The translations under genes were made by a program, and so were the position numbers. From a virus (taxonomy: Duplodnaviria > Caudoviricetes): 64,000 bases of DNA. Location: the IMG/VR virus record IMGVR_UViG_3300028025_001913, positions 605-64,604 of that record; one strand, given 5' to 3'. Shown here in pieces: positions 57,345 to 64,000 of the stretch (positions within the stretch are counted from its first letter, which is position 1; each line of letters opens with the position of its first letter). The notes below the pieces were generated by a model. The model had not been told where the DNA came from and did not search any database. It saw nothing but the letters and a program-made list of their open reading frames with translations.

Positions 57345-58460
57345 TTATTTAGTTGTGAAGTAAATCTTGTTGTCGTTGAGTAAGCCTTGGAACGGCTTGA
57401 GTGTAATGAACAACGTAGCCCTTGATGACTCGGCTATGTTGTGGCAGAACATACTCTGTAACTCACGACGATTGCGTAATACATACTCAGTCGCCGCCTC
57501 TGCTTCGTCCCTATCGTTAGCCTGTGTAATACACTTGAGCACAGTAATAATCTGTGCAACAGGGTTAGTAGGGATAGGACAAGTGCTAGGGCTAGCGACA
57601 ATCTTAGAGAACGATGGTGTCTCATCACCGAAGCGAATGTATGCACCGAGTATCTCTGCCCCTGCCCGACCAATCGTACCCTCTAAGCAAGCGTGTAGGG
57701 TATCGGCATCCATGTACTCACGCTCAGATACGATGTCGCTTGCTGAGTGTAAAGAACGTGGGCTGATGTAAGCTGACTGCGCTAGCTTGGGGTTGAAGAT
57801 AACATCGTTGTGCTTGTCCTGTGGTGTGCCTGCATACTTGCCACCTACCTCGTAGTCAAGGAATGAGTCGAACCATTGTGGATTCTCTTCTGTGCAAGCA
57901 AGGATAATAGGGTCAATGCCATTGTCGATACCCCATTGATACCACTCTTGTTGTGTAGGCTTGCGCATGTACAAGAACACTAGCCTGTTGCGTAAGTGCG
58001 CCTGTATGCTATCGCCTAACCCCTCGGTCGCTAGGTTAGTAGCACAGAACACAACGCTACCCTCCGTCATCTCATAGCTACCAACACGTTGCTCGTATAC
58101 GATGGGTGCTAGCACGTCCTTGATGTACTGCTTAGCCTTGGCTATCTCATCTAAGAATACTAGCGATGGTCTAGAACCATTGACACCCTTCTGATTGACC
58201 TTGCTCACACCGAACCGCTCGTTAGGTAACTCACGTGACACGCCTGCGTCTCGGTCGATATCAGGCATCCATACAGAACCATCGGACAACTGCGTACAGT
58301 CAAGCTTGACTGATACATGGTTAGCGAAGTGTGGGTCACGCTCTAGTGTGTGGAAGATGCCCGTCTTACCAACGCCATTCTCACCACAGATAACGATAGT
58401 ACGCTTGTGACCAATAGTCTTAACAGCGTTTGCAATTCTTGAAGCATTTAATAATCTCAT
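57345..58460 (-). CDS. MoxR-like AAA+ ATPase
   Basis: GENGVGKT, FLDE, ATN, LRNR, SPRS. Confidence 0.85.
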   Translation of the reverse strand: MRLLNASRIANAVKTIGHKRTIVICGENGVGKTGIFHTLERDPHFANHVSVKLDCTQLSDGSVWMPDIDRDAGVSRELPNERFGVSKVNQKGVNGSRPSLVFLDEIAKAKQYIKDVLAPIVYEQRVGSYEMTEGSVVFCATNLATEGLGDSIQAHLRNRLVFLYMRKPTQQEWYQWGIDNGIDPIILACTEENPQWFDSFLDYEVGGKYAGTPQDKHNDVIFNPKLAQSAYISPRSLHSASDIVSEREYMDADTLHACLEGTIGRAGAEILGAYIRFGDETPSFSKIVASPSTCPIPTNPVAQIITVLKCITQANDRDEAEAATEYVLRNRRELQSMFCHNIAESSRATLFITLKPFQGLLNDNKIYFTTK

Positions 58461-58512
58461 AAGATTCCTTGTTTGTTTTAGATAATATAATTATGATTTA
58501 TAGATACTAATA

Positions 58513-58541
58513 TAGCATAGTTTTTAGAAACTGTAATACTT
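58513..58541 (-). promoter_or_regulatory. putative promoter upstream of AAA operon (approximate limits)
   Basis: minus strand ATTACA-17nt-TATATT with TG extension. Confidence 0.35.
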
Positions 58542-58570
58542 TTTGCACCTCCTTTCATTAGGACTTACCC

Positions 58571-59548
58571 TTAGTAACTGAACTTAGCTGGCAACTTGTT
58601 GGGGAACTGTGGTATGGCAACACGTTGTGAACCTTTAGATAACCCTGCCAACTTTAATAAGTTTGCAACCAGACTCTTCTTAAGTTCGTCTGGCACGATG
58701 TTATGCACGACCTCGTATATTAATTTCCCTGCGCTATCTTTGAGTGCTTGGTCATCGCCGTAGTTATGAACAGCAAACAGATTCCTACTACGCCACCCAT
58801 TTTTGTTGAGTTCAGGTGGAACAGGGTAGTCGTGTATCTTCTTGCTCGCCAACATATCAAACGCACTCTGCGCTAAATCATTGAAGCACGCCATAAACTT
58901 GGGGTCATCTGTCTGCACAACCTCTTCTGCTAGAAAGTTCTGTAAATCACGTGCCGTGCCTCTGTCTAACTCTGACTCACCAAACGCACGCCCCATACTC
59001 TCGTTAACAGTAGCGTTATCTATGAGTGAACCTAGCTTGAACATCTGAAGCGTGACGAATGCATCGAGCTGTTCTTTGAGTGCCTTGCGCTTGCGCTTAT
59101 CTTCTTCGCTAGACTTGTATGTGAATACATCGCAGTGCCACGACTTATCTATAATAAGTTTGCCGTCCTTGTCGAAGGTTAAGACTGCTGAGTAATCTTC
59201 GTCTTGTCCCTTGTAGAACGGATTGTATGGCACTTGCACTCTATCGCCTGTCGTAGTCTCGAACGTCTGCCCACTATGTAGCCCTGTGTATTTGTACATC
59301 TGCTGAATATCAAACGTAGCGTATAGCCCACGCACTAATACCTCAGCCTCACCTAAATCATTGGGTTCACAGAATCTACCCACTTCATTGCCGTTGATGA
59401 TGTATGCGTAGCTATGGTTGTCCTTCTGTAACATGAGCCATGACTCAGTAACCCTACGTAGTGGGCGTTGGAACTCATTGTATTTCTTACTGCGTGGTGG
59501 CTTCTTGGTTTTGTTGTATCGTGCTTCTGCGTCATTGTATGTAATCAT
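58571..59548 (-). CDS. hypothetical early protein
   Basis: long ORF; ATG 59548 follows GAGGAG. Confidence 0.75.
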   Translation of the reverse strand: MITYNDAEARYNKTKKPPRSKKYNEFQRPLRRVTESWLMLQKDNHSYAYIINGNEVGRFCEPNDLGEAEVLVRGLYATFDIQQMYKYTGLHSGQTFETTTGDRVQVPYNPFYKGQDEDYSAVLTFDKDGKLIIDKSWHCDVFTYKSSEEDKRKRKALKEQLDAFVTLQMFKLGSLIDNATVNESMGRAFGESELDRGTARDLQNFLAEEVVQTDDPKFMACFNDLAQSAFDMLASKKIHDYPVPPELNKNGWRSRNLFAVHNYGDDQALKDSAGKLIYEVVHNIVPDELKKSLVANLLKLAGLSKGSQRVAIPQFPNKLPAKFSY

Positions 59549-59718
59549 GATGCTGTAATCTCCTCTATGGTGTATGTACATGGGCTATGCTTATCATCGC
59601 CCTCTTCTAATCTAAACAACACATCCTTTGCTAAGTCATACGTTAGAAATGTACCTACCACTTCTACGTTGCCTAGCATATCTACTGCCAGTATTTGAAA
59701 CGCTTCTTTGTTAATCAT
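59545..59718 (-). CDS. hypothetical protein (57 aa, not in ORF track)
   Basis: AAGGAG SD; ATGA overlap with the next gene. Confidence 0.55.
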   Translation of the reverse strand: MINKEAFQILAVDMLGNVEVVGTFLTYDLAKDVLFRLEEGDDKHSPCTYTIEEITAS

Positions 59719-59720
59719 GC

Positions 59721-59897
59721 TCACTCCTTTGTATTAATAATCCAATCTAAATAATCTTGCGCACGCTTTTCTGTGTCAAACCATTCATTGTCTACAACGG
59801 TATCCGTTTCATTGTCATAAACATACCAATGATTGACCTCATTGTCGTACTCATCGCTTGGCAATTCTTCTTCTTTTACTTCATATCTATCAGTCAT
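59721..59897 (-). CDS. small very acidic protein (58 aa, not in ORF track)
   Basis: GGAGG SD; 19 of 58 residues D/E. Confidence 0.6.
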   Translation of the reverse strand: MTDRYEVKEEELPSDEYDNEVNHWYVYDNETDTVVDNEWFDTEKRAQDYLDWIINTKE

Positions 59898-59911
59898 CTT
59901 ACTAACCTCCC

Positions 59912-60379
59912 TTAATCAAATGATATTTTAATGTTCTCAAACTTCTCTTCTACTTGCTCACGCACCATGTCGTTGATGTCAACGTGGTCGCTCAGTTGAA
60001 ACTCGTAGCTGAAGTAGTTCTCAACTATGCTACTAACTTCATCGCTGACAGCATCTTTGATGGCATCTTCAAAGTCCACACCCTCTACTGCCTTGTTAAC
60101 CTTTTCGGTAAACCAACTACCCTGTTGCAATACAGTTGTAACGCAGTCTTGCAGGGATTGTTGCTCAGCTAGGGAATTCCCTTGGGCTTGCTTGATGACC
60201 GAAGTAAGCAGTTGTAGTTGGCTACAGATTGTATTGATGATGCCCTCGATGCTGACCTCGGGTTGCGTGGTTGTGGTGCAGACTTCCTGCACGTGGGTGT
60301 TGAGTAGTCGTTGCATGGCTTCTTCCTCTTCGTTAGTTACAGGCATTGTATTAATTTCTTGTGAAGTTAGTGTGTTCAT
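59912..60379 (-). CDS. acidic hypothetical protein
   Basis: 155 aa, AGGAAA SD. Confidence 0.7.
   Translation of the reverse strand: MNTLTSQEINTMPVTNEEEEAMQRLLNTHVQEVCTTTTQPEVSIEGIINTICSQLQLLTSVIKQAQGNSLAEQQSLQDCVTTVLQQGSWFTEKVNKAVEGVDFEDAIKDAVSDEVSSIVENYFSYEFQLSDHVDINDMVREQVEEKFENIKISFD
60276..60292. promoter_or_regulatory. GTGCAG-N5-CTGCAC inverted repeat, copy 3 (intragenic)
   Basis: GTGCAG ACTTC CTGCAC. Confidence 0.7.
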
Positions 60380-60597
60380 TGTGGTATCTTTCCTAGTTTG
60401 ATTATTACGTCTTCGTCTTCAAATACAACCCTACCCCCTTCGTTGGTAACAGTTGCTTTCTTTAATGCTAGCTGGCATAACATGCCACCCAAACCAACGG
60501 CTACTTTCATAACCGTCCAGTATCTATAGTGGTAGTAAACGGCACAAGCCGTAGCCACCACACCCCATGCAATCAGGTATATCTCTGCAATACTCAT
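60376..60597 (-). CDS. small membrane protein
   Basis: hydrophobic N-terminus. Confidence 0.6.
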   Translation of the reverse strand: MSIAEIYLIAWGVVATACAVYYHYRYWTVMKVAVGLGGMLCQLALKKATVTNEGGRVVFEDEDVIIKLGKIPQ

Positions 60598-61619
60598 TTT
60601 GCTACTCCTTTCTTATCTTCTAACCAAGGGAATGACTCACGTGCTTTGGCAAAGTCTGACATCACACGCACGAACCAAGACTCATCTATGTAGTCGTCCT
60701 TGAGCAGATAAGTAATCTCGAAGAACGAGTCAAGCCCGAACTTGTTGACGAACTCCCCTGCCTGACGTCTACTCATGTTGCCTGCCTTCTCATACCCATC
60801 GAGACCTAACTCGACAAGCGCATCGTCTATATCTAACTCAGTATCTACGATGTCATCCACCCACTTGGTGTCGTCCCACTCAGAACCATAGCCATGCGTG
60901 TGGTATGGATAGTTGTTATAGTTGCCGTATGTGCTATACGAACTGCCTGCCATAGGTGCTGTGTATGTATACGGCTCAGGCTCAGCGTTGACTTGGCTAC
61001 GTGCTAGCTTCATGTCAAGCATGTCCTTTGCCTTGGTAGTCGTCAGGGTAGGTGCTGACCATGCGTAGGTGTTGGACATCCAACGTCCACCCCAATACAC
61101 ACCTTGACTCTGATTGACCACAGTCTTGCGCCCTAGGTTATCCATGATGACGAAGCGATTGTTGCCGATGTGACCACTGATAAGATACTCGAACGATGTG
61201 GTAAACGCATAGTTAGGATTCTTGGCAAGCATAGGGCGCAGTATGTCATTGATGTAGTGCCATGTATCTGATTTGGTTACATCTGCCTTGTTGCCTGTGC
61301 TGAGCACACCATTGTGCATCATCCACATATCAACGCCATGCTCTTCCTTGTTGAGTATCTCGTATGGGTGGCAGTTGAGCATATCAATATCACCATGCGT
61401 CTTCATGCGCAAGTGAAAGGCACAGTCCTTGCCGTCGATGTGCTTGGTGTAGAACTCGTACAACTCTGCATCAGTCTTGGGCAATGCCTTCTCTACATAC
61501 AGCGTGCCATCTACTGCATACATAACACCGATACCATCAGCGTTGTAGTCATAGAAGTCTGACAACCAATGCTCAGGTAGTGACGGGGATGATACGGATT
61601 GGGTAACTAATAAACACAT
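60594..61619 (-). CDS. class II (Ntn) glutamine amidotransferase
   Basis: N-terminal MC nucleophile, NADGIG, HLRMKTHG, NCHPY, HNG, SDT. Confidence 0.85.
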   Translation of the reverse strand: MCLLVTQSVSSPSLPEHWLSDFYDYNADGIGVMYAVDGTLYVEKALPKTDAELYEFYTKHIDGKDCAFHLRMKTHGDIDMLNCHPYEILNKEEHGVDMWMMHNGVLSTGNKADVTKSDTWHYINDILRPMLAKNPNYAFTTSFEYLISGHIGNNRFVIMDNLGRKTVVNQSQGVYWGGRWMSNTYAWSAPTLTTTKAKDMLDMKLARSQVNAEPEPYTYTAPMAGSSYSTYGNYNNYPYHTHGYGSEWDDTKWVDDIVDTELDIDDALVELGLDGYEKAGNMSRRQAGEFVNKFGLDSFFEITYLLKDDYIDESWFVRVMSDFAKARESFPWLEDKKGVAK

Positions 61620-61649
61620 ATGTAATTCTCCTTGATTTGATTGGGTTGG

Positions 61650-63119
61650 TTAGGCTACACGCTTCTCGATGGGTTGGGATGGTGGGTTGTCCATGCGTGG
61701 GTTAGGCTTGACCAAGGCAAGCGTAGGTAGTGAGTACCCCTTCTCACGTAGGTACTGCCGTAAGAACTTGGTATCCTTACGCTGATTGGGCTGGCATATG
61801 AACTTGATGAAGTTCTCAGTCGTCAACTCGGTAACCCCTGCATCACGACAGAAGAACCACGTTGCGTAGGTAAACTCTAAGCACGCCATCTGTGTCTCGT
61901 AGCGTAGCGTGCCTTTGAATATCCTAAACTCTACAGTCGCAGGGTTGTTGAAGTTAACTGCCTCAGTCCTATCAGGGTTGAGCCGTCGCAGTTGCTCGTT
62001 CTTATTGTTGTAACCCTTAGCGTTCTTGAGCCAATCATACGATGCCTTCTTGTTGTGTATCTTGGCATAGTGGTGGTCGCTACGTCTTGCGATGTCCCTG
62101 ATTAACTTCTGATTGTTGCTGTCGTTGATGAAGAAGACTATCTTGCACCCATGAAACATCGTCATGTCACCCTTGGATATGTGAACGTGTAGCCCACAAG
62201 TCCTAGTATCGTGTGACTTGACGTAACGCCAAGGCTTCTTGAAGAACTGTAGCATCTGAGCATGAACGTCTAGCCCTGTCCAACCTGTAACCATCTCGAA
62301 GCCGTAGTCAAGAGAGCCGTCGTCCTCGATGTGTATGTACTGATGCTCAGTACCATCGTCATGCGTGTAGTGCTTGAGTTGACCATACAACTCCTCGGCT
62401 TTGTCATACCTACTAACCTCATCCCTGTTGACCTCGACCTCTAACTCCATGCCTAGGAATATCTTGGGGTTGCGCTCATCGAAGGCTGATGGGATATGTT
62501 GCAGTATGTCCTTGCCCGAGTGTCGTCCACCTATCGGATAACCATCGTCGTCATCATCGTTATTGCGCTCGTTCTCTTCTTCCTCTTCGTAATAGTCTTC
62601 CTCTGTTACGTATGTGCCACGTCCCTCAGACCAACGATAGTTATTGTCACGACAACTATCGCATACCCAATAGTCGCCATCGTAGCACCAACTACCATTA
62701 TCTACGTGGTCAATGTGATTGCAATCCTCGCAACACTTGGCGTCTTCGTTAAACTTATCCTCTATGACATCAGCCCAATCGGTGCGCATACCATCACGCA
62801 CGAAACGAAACTGCTCTGAGTTAACTAACGAATACATACTATCCACGTCTTCGTCTCTGATATACGAACGTACCATGACACCAAAGGCTGATACTAGGCG
62901 CATCTTCTCAGCAAGAGTCGCTTGGTCAAGCCTATGAGTCGCACTAAACCTATTGCTACGAAAGCGATAGTAGAAGTCGTTGTTGCTTCGAATGGTCTCA
63001 CGACACCGAGACATCAAGTCCTCCCTAGTGAAGTAACTAGGGTCTCTTTCAATACGTGCAACGCCTTCGTTGAAGGACACAAGCACAGGCACTAATGTTG
63101 TAGCAGTTGATATGGGCAT
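61650..63119 (-). CDS. amidoligase (COOH-NH2 ligase, Amidoligase_2-like)
   Basis: GMELEVE, DGSL, GFEMVT, CGLHVHIS, TVEFRIF; ATG 63119 after GAGGA. Confidence 0.85.
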   Translation of the reverse strand: MPISTATTLVPVLVSFNEGVARIERDPSYFTREDLMSRCRETIRSNNDFYYRFRSNRFSATHRLDQATLAEKMRLVSAFGVMVRSYIRDEDVDSMYSLVNSEQFRFVRDGMRTDWADVIEDKFNEDAKCCEDCNHIDHVDNGSWCYDGDYWVCDSCRDNNYRWSEGRGTYVTEEDYYEEEEENERNNDDDDDGYPIGGRHSGKDILQHIPSAFDERNPKIFLGMELEVEVNRDEVSRYDKAEELYGQLKHYTHDDGTEHQYIHIEDDGSLDYGFEMVTGWTGLDVHAQMLQFFKKPWRYVKSHDTRTCGLHVHISKGDMTMFHGCKIVFFINDSNNQKLIRDIARRSDHHYAKIHNKKASYDWLKNAKGYNNKNEQLRRLNPDRTEAVNFNNPATVEFRIFKGTLRYETQMACLEFTYATWFFCRDAGVTELTTENFIKFICQPNQRKDTKFLRQYLREKGYSLPTLALVKPNPRMDNPPSQPIEKRVA

Positions 63120-63141
63120 AACTTTTCCTCGTTTGATTGAT

Positions 63142-63158
63142 GTGCAGGTTTTCTGCAC
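63142..63158. promoter_or_regulatory. GTGCAG-N5-CTGCAC inverted repeat, copy 4
   Basis: GTGCAG GTTTT CTGCAC upstream of the amidoligase RBS. Confidence 0.75.
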
Positions 63159-63211
63159 TTATGTTGTCAAGCATCTTGTGATACTTGTTGTGATACGTTG
63201 TTGTTTTCTTT

Positions 63212-63790
63212 TTACTCCTTTCTTAATAAATTAATACTAACATCCAACTCAAATACTTCACCCTCCCTCGCACGTGCCATCAAGTCTTTCTTAATCTGTT
63301 TGGCTAAAGTGTAGTTCTTGCTATGCTGTTCTAGTAGGGCGTGATGTGTGGTCTCATGCTTTTCTAGACTAGCCTTTAGTTTGCTCTTGGTATTACGATA
63401 CCTGTTGCCGTAGGTTGATACCTGTTTTTGTAAGTTAGCGTTTAGTTGTTTGAGATAGTTGGTTTTCTTGCCCCACCAATACTCCTTCATGATGCGTGAC
63501 CTAATCTTGGGCAAGTCTTCCTTACGCTTACGCAACTCAATCTCAGCAGTTACGCTGTGCATATCACCCGAAGCAACCTTGTTTAGGATTTGCTTGGCTG
63601 TGAGTGGCGTCTTGCGTTTAGACTTTTTCCAACAGTCCTTGCATCTAACGCTGACTACCGAAGTTCTTGTCTTAACCGACGCACGACGTAAGTAGTGTGC
63701 TGATTGTGCGAGAGTTAGCATACGCTTGAACTCGGCTTGAGGTTTAATTTCTTTACACATGGTGCAGGTTTTCTGCACTTGATTAGGCAT
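63212..63790 (-). CDS. basic zinc-finger early protein
   Basis: CTMC...CKDC; ATG 63790 after AAAGGA. Confidence 0.7.
   Translation of the reverse strand: MPNQVQKTCTMCKEIKPQAEFKRMLTLAQSAHYLRRASVKTRTSVVSVRCKDCWKKSKRKTPLTAKQILNKVASGDMHSVTAEIELRKRKEDLPKIRSRIMKEYWWGKKTNYLKQLNANLQKQVSTYGNRYRNTKSKLKASLEKHETTHHALLEQHSKNYTLAKQIKKDLMARAREGEVFELDVSINLLRKE
63762..63778. promoter_or_regulatory. GTGCAG-N5-CTGCAC inverted repeat, copy 5 (intragenic)
   Basis: GTGCAG GTTTT CTGCAC. Confidence 0.7.
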
Positions 63791-64000
63791 GATGTGATTC
63801 CTTTCGTGGTAATAGTCTAGCAAAATACGCATGGTGGACGCTATACTGTGCCATTCGTATAGCCTTATTGTAACAGGGTTTGAGTGACATGAGTATTAGG
63901 TATATACGTTTTTTAGAGAACTATTAAACTAACTAAAAAATAAAACAATAGAGTCAACCATATTTTCTCTCTATTATTATTAGATAAGTATATCTATATT

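Noticed and set aside
63120-63158. GTG 63158 start for the amidoligase
   Set aside because: The GTG is part of the palindrome; the SD supports ATG 63119.
1-64000. Alternative genetic code or stop-codon readthrough
   Set aside because: Core genes are full-length and tightly coupled under the standard code, and all three stops are used.

Overview
The window looks like a nearly complete, circularly permuted genome of a tailed dsDNA phage (podovirus-like; the host cannot be read from the sequence). The + strand (1.3-40.9 kb) carries the late module: TerS, TerL, portal, GroES, scaffold, major capsid, small Lys-rich proteins, adaptors, tail fibres, holin and M15 endolysin, tail stabilisation protein, and internal proteins including a 2615-aa polyvalent protein. 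The - strand (64-40.9 kb and 0.93 kb-1) carries early and replication genes: amidoligase plus glutamine amidotransferase, AAA/vWA/DUF3150-like module, VRR-NUC, PolA, PD-(D/E)XK exonuclease, SNF2 helicase, SSB-like protein, HTH and primase-helicase. I saw no integrase, tRNA, CRISPR array or reverse transcriptase. The most striking signals are non-coding. (1) An attenuator-like early leader (864-935) is complementary (12/12 and 8/8 nt) to a structured intergenic RNA 43.5 kb away (44385-44470). (2) A small minus-strand RNA (1115-1197) carries two anti-Shine-Dalgarno segments matching the phage's own early-gene ribosome-binding sites. (3) Five copies of GTGCAG-N5-CTGCAC are confined to the early region. 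(4) A double-pseudoknot candidate lies after the capsid gene. Protein calls come from motif recognition and gene order; no searches or folding computations were run.
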